The notes under the pieces were generated by a model that was given only the letters and a program-made list of their open reading frames with translations, did no database searches and was not told where the DNA came from. Position numbers and translations under genes: made by a program. From a virus, in the IMG/VR virus record IMGVR_UViG_3300027736_000020, positions 120,089 to 184,088 of that record: a stretch of 64,000 nucleotides of DNA, one strand, 5' to 3'. Shown one piece after another: positions 9,101 to 18,707 of this stretch (its first letter is position 1; every line of letters starts with the position of its first letter).

Positions 9101-11937
9101 CAGGAACAGGGCGTGCAAGAGGATTGGGCGAAGGAAGACGCTTGAGTTCTCCAGAAATTGCTCAATTTGAAGCAGAAAACAATTGGCCAAGAAACATTCG
9201 TGCTCCTATTTATGGAGCAACCCAACAAGGAAGCTTGTTAAGCCAATTTGATTTTACTCCCAGACGTTGGGGAGAAATACCAAAAAGCAAAAGAAAAGAT
9301 CAGGACTATTTGCGTGCAGTTTATGAAAGTATGGATGACAAAGAAAAAGCAGCAGTACGCCCGGCGACAATACTTTCCACTGGTGGATCTTGGACAGCAT
9401 GGAAACCCGGAAACGCACGAACTGTAGGCGGAAAAGTTCGCATGGAAACTACTGCAGATGCGTCCAGAAGAGGTCAATTGATTGCCAAAAATGATTTTCT
9501 TGACATAGAACGTCCATTGATAACGACAATTAATGGCGTTGCTGTAACGTTGACTGGTCGAGATGCGCGTATTCAAAGACAATATGATTTTGTTCAAGAT
9601 CCAAAACTGAATTCTCCACAAGAAAATAAATCTGCCATTGAAGCATTTGTCCGAGAAAAACTTGGCCTTAAAGAAACAGAGGCTATTCCTGATTTGAGTC
9701 CAGATCAAGAATTGAAACTCATGGTTTATGAAGCATCTCTGAAAAAAGACAAGCTTCCTGAAGCCGTATGGGAGGAAATAAAAACGCATATTGATGCAAA
9801 TGCATCACGTTTCAGCGAATGGAAAACAGCTGCGCGAATTCCTTATGAAGGCGATTACTCGATAGATCCACGTGACAGCAGAGGGGTTCGTCAACAATAT
9901 GACGATCAAGGCAATATTGTCACCGATTTTTCGTTAAGTCGCATTAATGAAGATCCATCAGCATTTCCAAACACTTCTGTACCACAATCATCAGCTCAAC
10001 GTTCTTGGGATTCACTAGAGGATTATGAAAAACAAGCATTTAATGGTTATTCCATAATTACGGTGAATGGACAAACTTTTAAAAGAGACAGGCGCGGCAA
10101 AGCTCAAGGACAACCACTTTCAGAAGCAGAAATAACACAATTAAAAGAAGAGTATGCAAAAGACATAGAACAAAACATGGAAGATGCTTCAGCAGAAGCT
10201 GTTGGACAATTTGGATCTTCCACCAAAACCAATATTGGCGCAAATCAAGGAGAAATTAAAGCAATAAGTAAGCAGGATAGAGAACAATATGGAGGTAACG
10301 GAGAAAGAATTTATCAAATGATAAATAATCTTGTCCGCAATAATCCAGTCGCATCAGTAGCAAAAATATATTCATCGGTAAGAACTGACAAAAAACGTGA
10401 AATTCTTGATGCTCAAAATACTGCTGCACAAGCACTTAATATTGATATCGGCATAACACCTCAGTCAATAAAGACAGGGTACATGACATTTTCTCCTAGC
10501 GGATATCCAAATGGCAGGGATTCATTTTCATCCGGCGATGTTGATTTTTTGAAAAAATACAGTGATTTGCCTCATGATCAATATCTCAAGGACAAAATAG
10601 GAAAACTCATTGATTTTTGGGAAAGTAAAATTTCAGACAAAGCAAATTATCCCAGTACAGGTAGGAAAAGTCCGCTTGATGAGAGTCATCTGAACACTAG
10701 CGATATTGGCACTATTGGAAAACTAAAACAAGACATTATTGATGAATTAAAATCATTAACGTCAAAAAATAATGCTGGCAGTGATATTGCCGAATTGCGA
10801 GAAAGCATAAAAACAGTATTTGGAAATAATGATGATGATTTTCTCGAAAAATCTACGTTTGAATACGCAAGAAAAATGGCATTTCAGCGTCTTCATGCAA
10901 AATCAATTATAAATATTCAAAATCAGGTTTCAAATATTTTTGCAAAGGATCAAATAGATTCTCCAATTTCAGATTCAAAAATTATTGCTTCCAAAATAGG
11001 AACAGGAATATTGGCACTTACAGACAATCCTGCTGACAGAGCAGGAGTCAATGAATATCTTACTCTTGTTGCAATGAAAAAACTTCAAAATCCAAATACA
11101 GATTTTAATTCATTGCCAACACCTTTGCCTGCTGCTGATCCTGCACAACTTGATGCAAAAACCATACAAACAGATTCTTTGGATAGGAACAACACAGACA
11201 TTGCAAAGATGTTTTCAACATATTTGCAGCCAAAAGCGCTTCCATATTTGAAAACAATCATGACACTTGTAAATTCAAAAATAAATCAGGACAATTACGG
11301 ATCAACAACACTCATGCCTGAGAATTTTACTGCAACAAATGAGCCGCAAAAATTACTTGAGATGCTTTATCAATCCAATGAAACAAATGTTTTGCAGCTT
11401 GAAACTGTACTTCGTGACATTGCAAATGAGTTAAGAACGTCTGGAGGAAAAGGAACGATCAAGAGAGCAAATATTGCCGGTAATCCTGCGTCAAGGACGC
11501 AATCCGAAAAACCATATTTAATTCCATTGATGCCCGGTTTGAGTCATTTAAAGACTGCAGATTTTATTGATCCAGATACAAATGCTCTGATAATTCCACT
11601 TATTCATGAGCATTTTAAAAATGAAATAAGCATTTCTGATCCCGAACAACGAATCAAGGGAACACCGCCCTTATGGAGCGATGGTGCGGGACAGGTAACA
11701 GGAAACGGGTGGACAGCAAGAGAAAAACCTGCATCAACGACCATGCGAGATTGGGCGAGTGATTACAACAAAGTATTGCAAACTTTTGTTGATTCTCTTG
11801 TAAGAACAGATAAACCAGTTCAAATTCCAGAGTGGCTTGCCCAAACTCCGCAACATGTGGCAGATATCATTTCCAGAATAAATGTTGCTCCTGCTGTTCA
11901 GCAAACTCAATCGCTTTTGGGAGAAGAGGATGATTAA
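6130..11937 (+). CDS. Very large hypothetical protein (1935 aa), putative virion/ejection protein
   Basis: Long ORF; Pro-rich N-terminal third; no enzyme motif recognised. Confidence 0.85.
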   Translation: MDTRLSKARTTRKPAPANGKKDSTNKADKSNDKVTTQPSFIPPITSSGENTGTTRGPNNDPVNNAIRAGQSSFSNGSSVFAGGIPLGDILSLPGIFLADTVRRMVVGNRSKNPKEVEVPKTEVVGPEAPKTEVPKVREAEAVARPRGPTGISEQPVGKPPANLSRYEGTYARELNELDSTVNRGYVVNPETGALTPRGLAPVREPVREPVKPSSKPAAASKPSGKPANSASAKMEGFSGAGGKAISALMAYDMVNAITDISWNTIQDALNNKTPGDRLNWERNNIAANAIDLATGFARDTMENGDLTPGRESRYRQARIDLAQKQKPVMDEISNLADIYEKRERDLSSPTYRQALALGGYLKIDKDGKPIPLESYVNSENNKNPMDQHSRQQDLAETPGNHFIGPVPSPSEINQMIRDGKITGNTKAPVRLVPTEDDPNFPGFWDNILAGDVPKALNAAMAPWSRVGNELGKPEVTNEGKIVPTNRSGSTLAIVPRDVEDKNSFRGLIPFMNNITAKRDKRIKQNTYYDGMNLGGDAVKEMLPGGPQAISPVEANTLNYIERLKRKNKIVPNLPAREGIDDSYDYPDDLNPNEGLSSDLTRSISSNAMANSLLKSYSKKKILKKALVSSQYKKPSTNEEPITTIKDPPKYKAQPVTEQSPAGTPMPDYIIPKGKGKAYKDIVSGGIEPYPRETIASATTPRTLEEIQSDPVRITVTRGPDVGAQKLPPSSLPSVQQLADSLFIGSGAAPKATIGKFPKSHFDYTPGGKKTIWNPQQLTTHPDAFNGKENMATDMEALTGTAYPIAIDSQGSPLLGDHLGHSADAPAVIPHGFFSKTADGQLERLPDQASWYELPKSTLLYKKGAGKQEVLDPQSGDPVTHLRYLGAVTRKETRARTGADFAEFPGAVIDDANFRVPVTGIQTKHVEGSLSWLFTNIFPIPLSGARPIWVEQSIDDIIATHIRKFGIDKAPDLSIEDIEKQTLKTPVDSFRAGTGRARGLGEGRRLSSPEIAQFEAENNWPRNIRAPIYGATQQGSLLSQFDFTPRRWGEIPKSKRKDQDYLRAVYESMDDKEKAAVRPATILSTGGSWTAWKPGNARTVGGKVRMETTADASRRGQLIAKNDFLDIERPLITTINGVAVTLTGRDARIQRQYDFVQDPKLNSPQENKSAIEAFVREKLGLKETEAIPDLSPDQELKLMVYEASLKKDKLPEAVWEEIKTHIDANASRFSEWKTAARIPYEGDYSIDPRDSRGVRQQYDDQGNIVTDFSLSRINEDPSAFPNTSVPQSSAQRSWDSLEDYEKQAFNGYSIITVNGQTFKRDRRGKAQGQPLSEAEITQLKEEYAKDIEQNMEDASAEAVGQFGSSTKTNIGANQGEIKAISKQDREQYGGNGERIYQMINNLVRNNPVASVAKIYSSVRTDKKREILDAQNTAAQALNIDIGITPQSIKTGYMTFSPSGYPNGRDSFSSGDVDFLKKYSDLPHDQYLKDKIGKLIDFWESKISDKANYPSTGRKSPLDESHLNTSDIGTIGKLKQDIIDELKSLTSKNNAGSDIAELRESIKTVFGNNDDDFLEKSTFEYARKMAFQRLHAKSIINIQNQVSNIFAKDQIDSPISDSKIIASKIGTGILALTDNPADRAGVNEYLTLVAMKKLQNPNTDFNSLPTPLPAADPAQLDAKTIQTDSLDRNNTDIAKMFSTYLQPKALPYLKTIMTLVNSKINQDNYGSTTLMPENFTATNEPQKLLEMLYQSNETNVLQLETVLRDIANELRTSGGKGTIKRANIAGNPASRTQSEKPYLIPLMPGLSHLKTADFIDPDTNALIIPLIHEHFKNEISISDPEQRIKGTPPLWSDGAGQVTGNGWTAREKPASTTMRDWASDYNKVLQTFVDSLVRTDKPVQIPEWLAQTPQHVADIISRINVAPAVQQTQSLLGEEDD

Positions 11938-12839
11938 TTTTCGTAAACAAAAAAAGAACGCTGCTGAAAATTCAATTTTTCAGTAGCCCTCCATTTTTTC
12001 CCGTCAATACTTTCTGCTTCTTTTCTTCGAGATAAAGAAGAAAGCATTCCCATTATTCTGTGTGAAGTTATTGCACACGATTCGTCTTTTGAATCTTCGT
12101 GAAATGTTTTTCCTATTGTCTCAATAATGTCTTCACTTGTTAAACCATCTTCGCCTGCAGCAACGAGAAGGTTGGTCAACATAAATCGAGTTGCTGATCG
12201 AACATTGTTTAGATTTTTTCTTTTTTCCTTGTTTGCTTTCTTGCTAACAGTATTCTTATTTATGTCGAGTAATACTTCTATCGACATTGGAATATCCGGA
12301 ATGTTGTCTTTGCTAATTCCATTATCGATGCATTTTTGATAAAGAATTTTTATGTCTGCATACATTGAAAGCAATGAAAATTTCAATACTTGAAATTCTT
12401 CAACATATTCTTTAAATAACGAATATTCCCGCAGAAGATTTTCTGCATATTTTTGTTGCTCATTGTCAACAATCACCTTTGATGGAATAGCCATGGAATG
12501 ATACTTAATAATTTTTTTCATGTGATCTTGTAATTCTTCCATTTTTTCGGCTTTTGCTTTTTCTCGCAACAGTTTTTCTTTTTCTATCTTTTCTGTGTCT
12601 TCTTCTGGGACAAGATACAAATGTGTCCAGTTTACTGTCCAACGAACACGTTTCATCCATTTTTTTTCAAGAGATATTAACACATGCTTGTTATACACTC
12701 TTAATACTCTTCCAAATAGATTGTTATTACCAGAAACCCATACAATTCTTTTTCCAATAAGATTTTCTGAATCTGGATTCATGTCTTCTTTTAACGGACT
12801 ATATAACTTGGCAGGTATTTTTTTTAATTCAGTCAACAT
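11934..12839 (-). CDS. Hypothetical protein with possible C-terminal winged-helix DNA-binding domain
   Basis: LLVAAGEDGLTSEDIIETIG...RIMGMLSSLSRRKEAESIDGKKWRAT resembles wHTH; central coiled coil. Confidence 0.6.
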   Translation of the reverse strand: MLTELKKIPAKLYSPLKEDMNPDSENLIGKRIVWVSGNNNLFGRVLRVYNKHVLISLEKKWMKRVRWTVNWTHLYLVPEEDTEKIEKEKLLREKAKAEKMEELQDHMKKIIKYHSMAIPSKVIVDNEQQKYAENLLREYSLFKEYVEEFQVLKFSLLSMYADIKILYQKCIDNGISKDNIPDIPMSIEVLLDINKNTVSKKANKEKRKNLNNVRSATRFMLTNLLVAAGEDGLTSEDIIETIGKTFHEDSKDESCAITSHRIMGMLSSLSRRKEAESIDGKKWRATEKLNFQQRSFFVYEN

Positions 12840-12845
12840 TTTTTG

Positions 12846-13046
12846 TTATTTTTCCAGTTTTTCCAAACCAAATCGATCAAGATTCATGGTTTTGTTAATC
12901 GGTAATTCTTTTTGTTCCGGAACATTAATGTTTTTTGTATCACAGACTGGACACAGTTCTATTTCCATCATTTCGAGATCTTTTGTATTTCTCACTTTTG
13001 CTTTAACAAGAAGTGATCCGCAGGTACATCTTCCAAGTTGAGACAT
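12846..13046 (-). CDS. Small zinc-ribbon protein
   Basis: CTC...CPVC; GGAG upstream. Confidence 0.65.
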   Translation of the reverse strand: MSQLGRCTCGSLLVKAKVRNTKDLEMMEIELCPVCDTKNINVPEQKELPINKTMNLDRFGLEKLEK

Positions 13047-13258
13047 AATTTTCTCCTTTTTTTGTTTCGAGACAATAATACATTTTATTTTAAAAAATCA
13101 CAACATGAACGAAAAAATTGCAACGTTTCTTCGAAAACTGTGAAAAATCAAGGCCGCTTTTTGATTAATCCTGTGGTATGATCTTATCCATCACACAAAA
13201 AAGAGGCGCTCCCCATTGGCTCAAAGTGGGGAGCGTATCTTTTATCAGGAGGAAACCA

Positions 13259-15733
13259 TTGGCTGCATATAGTATACTCGAAAAAAAATTTGACTTGGAA
13301 GAAATATTTTCGTTTTTTGAATGGGAAACCTGTACAGTAACAACGGGTTCAGGAAAGATTATATCTGGTTTAGAATTTCCCGTATTTTGGAGTGATAACG
13401 CAAGGATTCAGGTAGCAGAGAAGTATTTTCGGAGAGCGGATGTTCCCCTTTTTCCCAAAGGGATTTATGATATCCATATGGCTGAGAAAATTGGTTTAAA
13501 CTGGAAAAATCTACCAACCGGTGGAGAAAAATCCTTAAAACATGTTGTAAACCGTATGTGTGGTGCAATAACTCATTGGGGAAATGAATACGGATATTTC
13601 AATGATATTCATCAATCGGATGAATTCCGAAAGAAATTCATGATCATGATGATTAATCAGGAAGCAGCATTGAATTCTCCACAATGGTTCAATACGGGAA
13701 TTCATTGGGCATATGGAATTGATAGTAATCCAAAAGGACAATATTACTATGATTTCAAACTCAACAGGGCTGTTGAGTCAGTAAACGGATTTGAACACCC
13801 TCAAGCCCATGCGTGTTTTATCCTTGGGGTCAAGGATGATCTTTTCGGTCCCAATGGAATTTTTGATACGGCACGGAGAGAAGCACAGATTTTCTATTTT
13901 GGATCTGGAGCTGGCAGTAATTATGCTGCGCTACGTGGCAAGGGAGAGCCAGTCTCCGGTGGTGGTGTCTCAAGCGGCATGATGTCCTTCCTCGACATTT
14001 ACGATGCTGGTGGCGGAGCAATCAAGTCGGGTGGCAAGACCAGACGCGCGGCAAAGATGGACATTTGCAGTGACAGTCATCCTGAAATCCGAGAATTTAT
14101 TGAGTGGAAAATGCGACAGGAAAAGATGGTTCGATTGTTGATTGAATCCGGAATGAGTGGCGGGTTTGAAGATGAAGCTTATCGTACTGTTCGCGGAATG
14201 AACTCAAACAACACTGTTGCGTTTACTCATAAGTTTTTTGATGCCTTGAAGAATGACAAGGATTGGGAACTACGATGGGTTACAGACCCATCTCATGTTT
14301 CTGATCGTTTCCCTGCTCGTGAACTGTGGGAAAAAGCCGTGTATTGCACTTGGTTCAGTGCAGATCCCGGCATACATGCTACTGATACTATTAATGAATG
14401 GAATACTTGCATTGGTGATGAGAGAATTGTATCAAGTAATCCATGCAGTGAGTATCTTTGGTTTAATGAAACTGCATGTAATCTTGCTTCAATAAATCTT
14501 GTAAAGTTTTATGATTCAAATACAAATGTATTTGATGTTGAGAGTTTTTGTAAAGCAATTGATGTCTGGCAAACTGCCCTTGACATTACCGTTTCCATGG
14601 CTCAGTATCCGGCAAGTGATATCTGTGAGAAAAGCATGCAGTACCGAACCACTGGATTGGGGTACACAAATCTTGGTGGTTTGCTGATGTTGATGGGATA
14701 TGGTTATGCGTCTGCAGAAGGACAACAGGTTGCCGGAGCAATCACCGCCATCCTTGGTGGCAGGTCTTATGTGCAGTCTTCAGTTCTTGCGTCAAATCTA
14801 TCTGCATATCCGGCGTATGAGCGCAACGCTGAGCATCATTTACGTGTTATCCGCAATCATCGTCGTGCGGCATATGGCTTGAACACTGAATACGAGGGAG
14901 TAACGAAGGCTCCTCGTGGAATCGACTCTGAGACATTTCCTGCGGTGCATTCCTATCTTCTGGAGTCAGCGCGGAAGCAATGGGACAATGCTCTCACACT
15001 TGGCAAGATGCATGGATTCCGCAACGCGCAGACAACGGTGTTGGCACCCACAGGAACGATCAGTTTCGCAATGGATGCCGACACTTTTGGAATCGAGCCT
15101 GATTACGCGTTGATCAAGTACAAGGCACTTGCTGGTGGTGGTTACGCAGTCATTACCAATCGATTGGTTGATCCTGCCCTCAAGAACATCGGTTATGCCG
15201 ATAAGGAGCGTGAAGCAATTCTCAAGCACATTGAGAAGACAGGATCAGTCGAAGGTGCTCCGTACTTGCGCATGGATCACTATAATGTGTTTGACACTGC
15301 TGTTGCTGCGGCAGGAAGCACCCGTTCGCTTTCTGCGTCGTCGCACATCGAGATGATGGCTGCGTGTCAGCCATTCCTTTCGGGAGCCATTTCCAAGACG
15401 GTCAATCTTCCTGAATCGGCTACTGAGAAAGATATTTCTGACGCATACCTTTACGGATATGAGTTGGGATTGAAGGCCATTGCAGTGTTCCGGGCAAACA
15501 GCAAAGCTGCTTCCGTGATGTTCACGAGAGCAGAAGACATGGCAAAGCGTGAAACTATTGACTTGGGATCAAAGCATTTTGATGTTGAGAAGATTTTTCA
15601 TCGCCAGTTTGTTTATGAAATGCCACAGGAAGTTGAAATTCATGTTGCAAAATCATACGATGAAGAAATAAATACTGAACTTGCTGTGGAAATGCCAGCA
15701 TACGGTTGCAAAGACGGCGTCTGCAGCATCTAG
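13259..15733 (+). CDS. nrdJ: Class II (adenosylcobalamin-dependent) ribonucleotide reductase
   Basis: Motifs NSPQWFNTG, HACFI, GGKTRRAAKM, NPCSEY...ACNLAS, TGLGYTNLGG, APTGTISF, QPFLSGAISKTVN and C-terminal CKDGVC. Start set at TTG 13259 (in frame, AGGAGG 6 nt upstream) rather than the track ATG at 13178. Confidence 0.95.
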   Translation: MAAYSILEKKFDLEEIFSFFEWETCTVTTGSGKIISGLEFPVFWSDNARIQVAEKYFRRADVPLFPKGIYDIHMAEKIGLNWKNLPTGGEKSLKHVVNRMCGAITHWGNEYGYFNDIHQSDEFRKKFMIMMINQEAALNSPQWFNTGIHWAYGIDSNPKGQYYYDFKLNRAVESVNGFEHPQAHACFILGVKDDLFGPNGIFDTARREAQIFYFGSGAGSNYAALRGKGEPVSGGGVSSGMMSFLDIYDAGGGAIKSGGKTRRAAKMDICSDSHPEIREFIEWKMRQEKMVRLLIESGMSGGFEDEAYRTVRGMNSNNTVAFTHKFFDALKNDKDWELRWVTDPSHVSDRFPARELWEKAVYCTWFSADPGIHATDTINEWNTCIGDERIVSSNPCSEYLWFNETACNLASINLVKFYDSNTNVFDVESFCKAIDVWQTALDITVSMAQYPASDICEKSMQYRTTGLGYTNLGGLLMLMGYGYASAEGQQVAGAITAILGGRSYVQSSVLASNLSAYPAYERNAEHHLRVIRNHRRAAYGLNTEYEGVTKAPRGIDSETFPAVHSYLLESARKQWDNALTLGKMHGFRNAQTTVLAPTGTISFAMDADTFGIEPDYALIKYKALAGGGYAVITNRLVDPALKNIGYADKEREAILKHIEKTGSVEGAPYLRMDHYNVFDTAVAAAGSTRSLSASSHIEMMAACQPFLSGAISKTVNLPESATEKDISDAYLYGYELGLKAIAVFRANSKAASVMFTRAEDMAKRETIDLGSKHFDVEKIFHRQFVYEMPQEVEIHVAKSYDEEINTELAVEMPAYGCKDGVCSI

Positions 15734-15742
15734 GAGAAAAAA

Positions 15743-16369
15743 ATGACAGAGATGATGGTATATGCACAAGTAGGTCCAGTCATTGAATCCACCGCGTGGG
15801 TATCTCAACCTGTCATTGGTGCGACAACAAAATTTTCAATCAAGGTTTCCAGAGATCAAACGCCAATAAACAATGCTGTTGTCACGTTGCAAGTTCGTGA
15901 CATTGACGAGAGGATTGTCTATCCATTGAGCAGCACCACGGTAATTCCTACCGCCGTGGTGCACTCTGCCACTTCATTTGCGGTGACTCATTCGACCGCT
16001 ACACCGTTGTCTGTCGGATCGTTGGTGACATTCAGCGGATTCAATCCTTCGGGATGGGATGGAACGTACACGGTCGCAGCATCTCCTGCACCTACATCCA
16101 CAAGCTTTACCGTTTCAATTACCCGCACTAATCCCGGTGCAATGGTGTTGCTTGGCGTATTGACGATTGGAGCGGGAACAGTAACAGTAGCGAGGGATAC
16201 ACGGTATCCCGGTCTGTACATGGTCACTCCTTCAGTTACCACTATATTTACTACAGCGGATGGTCTTTACAGGATTTACTGGAATATCTCGGTTCCTTCG
16301 GATAGCATCTATCCCGCGTCTGTGCTACCATTGACGCAGTTAGCTATTGCGAAGGAACCCGGACCATGA
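15743..16369 (+). CDS. Beta-rich Thr/Val-rich hypothetical protein (possible structural accessory)
   Basis: 208-aa ORF with AGGAG RBS; composition typical of beta-sandwich domains. Confidence 0.65.
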   Translation: MTEMMVYAQVGPVIESTAWVSQPVIGATTKFSIKVSRDQTPINNAVVTLQVRDIDERIVYPLSSTTVIPTAVVHSATSFAVTHSTATPLSVGSLVTFSGFNPSGWDGTYTVAASPAPTSTSFTVSITRTNPGAMVLLGVLTIGAGTVTVARDTRYPGLYMVTPSVTTIFTTADGLYRIYWNISVPSDSIYPASVLPLTQLAIAKEPGP

Positions 16370-16737
16370 TCGTAACGTTCACCAATCCCGTAAACATGGA
16401 AGCTTCATACGTGGTTGTCAAGAAGGTCAAGCAGGTAAGCTGGGACATGCTCAAGAGCAGCACCTCCCAGTCTTTTCCATGGAAAATCGAGGAAGAGTAC
16501 GAGTCCTCTTTCCTTGCCAAGAAGTTCTATGTTTTCCGTGCAAAAGACATCAAGACCAACAAGCCTCTTTGGCTCTCGCTTGGCTACAATCTTCTCGATG
16601 CGCCATACTGGATTGCCACAGGGCAAAATCAGCACGAGGTATTCCAGAATATGACTTCCATCATCTACGATACGATTACTCATTTCCGTCAATCCTCTTC
16701 GTCACTCGAAGAGTATGATGAGATTCTCCAGAATTGA
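16366..16737 (+). CDS. Hypothetical protein
   Basis: ATGA overlap with the upstream gene. Confidence 0.65.
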   Translation: MIVTFTNPVNMEASYVVVKKVKQVSWDMLKSSTSQSFPWKIEEEYESSFLAKKFYVFRAKDIKTNKPLWLSLGYNLLDAPYWIATGQNQHEVFQNMTSIIYDTITHFRQSSSSLEEYDEILQN

Positions 16738-16745
16738 TCATTCTG

Positions 16746-16821
16746 GCAAGGGTAGCTCAGTTGGTAGAGCTTCTGCCTTCCAAGCAGATTGTCGCGGGTT
16801 CGAGCCCCGTCCCTTGCTCCA
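16746..16821 (+). tRNA. tRNA-Gly(TCC)
   Basis: Acceptor GCAAGGG/CCCTTGC; anticodon loop CT-TCC-AA; TTCGAG T-loop; encoded CCA. Confidence 0.95.
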
Positions 16822-16822
16822 T

Positions 16823-16899
16823 GGCCTCGTAGCTCAGTGGACTAGAGCTCTCGCCTTCTAAGCGAGTGGTCGCAAGTTCGAATCTTGCCGGGGTCACCA
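16823..16899 (+). tRNA. tRNA-Arg(TCT)
   Basis: Cloverleaf; CTCGC/GCGAG stem around CT-TCT-AA; encoded CCA. Confidence 0.95.
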
Positions 16900-16927
16900 T
16901 TTTGGAAACGTCAAAGGAGGACAAAGA

Positions 16928-17005
16928 ATGCTGACTGGCGGATTTATGGTATTGTTATGTTTGTCGGTTTTTTTCCTTTGGTGGCTCGCCGCCGGGAAAA
17001 AATAA
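16928..17005 (+). CDS. 25-aa hydrophobic micro-protein
   Basis: AAGGAGG RBS; MLTGGFMVLLCLSVFFLWWLAAGKK. Confidence 0.45.
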   Translation: MLTGGFMVLLCLSVFFLWWLAAGKK

Positions 17006-17009
17006 GTAG

Positions 17010-17081
17010 TCCCTGATAGCTCAACGGTGGAGCGCTCGGCTGTTAACCGATAGGTTCGAGGTTCGAATCCTCGTCAGGGAG
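17010..17081 (+). tRNA. tRNA-Asn(GTT)
   Basis: Acceptor TCCCTGA/TCAGGGA; loop CT-GTT-AA; TTCGAAT; no encoded CCA. Confidence 0.93.
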
Positions 17082-17093
17082 CTAGGAGGAATC

Positions 17094-17180
17094 ATGTTGT
17101 TTTTCTTGTTGTTTTATGTTCTTCTGATGTACATATTGTTGACAGCTTGGCTTTTCAGGTCTGCAAGAGGAAAATATTGA
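17094..17180 (+). CDS. 28-aa hydrophobic micro-protein
   Basis: AGGAGG RBS; MLFFLLFYVLLMYILLTAWLFRSARGKY. Confidence 0.45.
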   Translation: MLFFLLFYVLLMYILLTAWLFRSARGKY

Positions 17181-17482
17181 AAATCTACGTTGCAAAATTC
17201 TGGGCGCAAAAACACAATGATCGTCGTTGGACTGACTGCGGATATCATTACTCGTTGACGCCTTGGTCGTATGACACAAACATTGATGAGATGCAAGAAG
17301 GGTGGATGATTGAACCCTTCCATTCGATTGATGTAGAGGAGAATGAAGTTGGAAACTATCACATCGAAGAAAGTAATGTTTCCGGAGAAGAAACCATCAT
17401 CAAGTCCGGTCGAGATCTCATTCTCCGGCTTGAGCAGCGACGTATTCAATCACATTATTCAGAACAGGTACGAAATTTTTGA
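17147..17482 (+). CDS. Hypothetical protein (start uncertain)
   Basis: ORF track; acidic C-terminal half. Confidence 0.4.
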   Translation: MAFQVCKRKILKIYVAKFWAQKHNDRRWTDCGYHYSLTPWSYDTNIDEMQEGWMIEPFHSIDVEENEVGNYHIEESNVSGEETIIKSGRDLILRLEQRRIQSHYSEQVRNF

Positions 17483-17626
17483 GAAATTCTTTTATGAGCA
17501 TAGACTTGCGCGATTCGAACGAATTGACTGGACGTATGCAGTAAAGGAAAAAATACTTGTGTTGAGGTTGTTTGAAGAAGTGCCCGGTGGCCTTACAACT
17601 GAAGCCCAAGACGTATAATTGAATAT

Positions 17627-17702
17627 GCCGCTGTAGCTCAGGGGTTAGAGTAGCTGTTTTGTAAACAGCGGGTCGTGGGTTCGAATCCCACTGGCGGCTC
17701 CA
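17627..17702 (+). tRNA. tRNA-Thr(TGT)
   Basis: Cloverleaf; GCTGT/ACAGC around TT-TGT-AA; encoded CCA. Confidence 0.95.
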
Positions 17703-17985
17703 TGAAAATAAAAGGATGCTAAAAGGTGTTTGTAACAATGGTGTATGAATCATGGACAGGATCGTGGTACATGTGGAGCAATGATGTCCCGCGGATGCGC
17801 ATGGATATCAATGAGGATCCGGATTTATTTCACATGGATATTACTGGAATCAAGAAGGTTTCCTGTCATGAGTGAAGAGCTACAGTATTTGCAATTTGGA
17901 ATTACTTTACTGAACACATTCATGTTAATGTCAGTATTTTACATGCTATACACCATAGGTATGAACAACAGGAGGGGACCAAGAA

Positions 17986-18615
17986 ATGGACACTGATCGG
18001 GAAATTGGTTTGCGATTCATGCTGTTGGGCAGCGCAGGATCGGGCAAAGACACCATGGCTAACCTGTTGATCAGGAAAATTGGCAATTGTCACATTCTTT
18101 CGTTTGCAGCTCCTGTCAAGCGCATGACAGGCAAGATGATTCGTTATATTTCCGATGATGAAAATCTTGGGCTTGTGCAAAAAATGGAGCAAATGACAGA
18201 TGTGCAATACAGGGAATTCATGCGTCATTTCTGGCAGTGGTTTGGAACGGAAGTTGGCCGCAAAACCATTGGAGAGGATTTCTGGATCAACAAACTCAGG
18301 GATTCCATCGAAGATATTGAGACGGCGTATCCACCAACTGATGGCATGATTCCTGCATTTGTTGTTACCGATTGCAGATTTGCCAATGAGCATCAATGGG
18401 GAATTGACAACGGATTTGTTATCGTGAGAATTTCCGGAGACTGGAGACAGTCAGGAGGCATTCCCAATCATTCAAGTGAAATTTCTCACATTACGCTTAA
18501 AGAGCATCTTTATTTCTCAAACAACGGTACAATAAAGGAAATGGAAAACTGGATTGATGAAGTTCTTGTTCCGTTTGCTCGTGAGTACAAAATAGTAAGG
18601 AAAAAAGATGCATGA
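17986..18615 (+). CDS. Deoxynucleoside monophosphate kinase
   Basis: P-loop GSAGSGKDT, SFAAPVK, QWFGTEVGR, VVTDCRFANE, HSSE. Confidence 0.88.
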   Translation: MDTDREIGLRFMLLGSAGSGKDTMANLLIRKIGNCHILSFAAPVKRMTGKMIRYISDDENLGLVQKMEQMTDVQYREFMRHFWQWFGTEVGRKTIGEDFWINKLRDSIEDIETAYPPTDGMIPAFVVTDCRFANEHQWGIDNGFVIVRISGDWRQSGGIPNHSSEISHITLKEHLYFSNNGTIKEMENWIDEVLVPFAREYKIVRKKDA

Positions 18616-18707
18616 TGATCAAGTTTCCGCCATATTCGGTGCAACAAGACTGCTTGTCTTCGCCCTGTCGCTCATCCTGCTAAGATTCTGGTGAAAGGAT
18701 TACGAAA

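Noticed and set aside
6130-11937. Virion RNA polymerase
   Set aside because: No DxDGD or T7/N4-type motifs recognised; size alone is not evidence
13178-13258. nrdJ start at ATG 13178
   Set aside because: It overlaps the -10 element and a hairpin and has no RBS; TTG 13259 has AGGAGG
13180-13275. Cobalamin riboswitch or NrdR box upstream of nrdJ
   Set aside because: The leader is too short and lacks B12-box motifs; only one imperfect NrdR-like 16-mer overlapping the start codon
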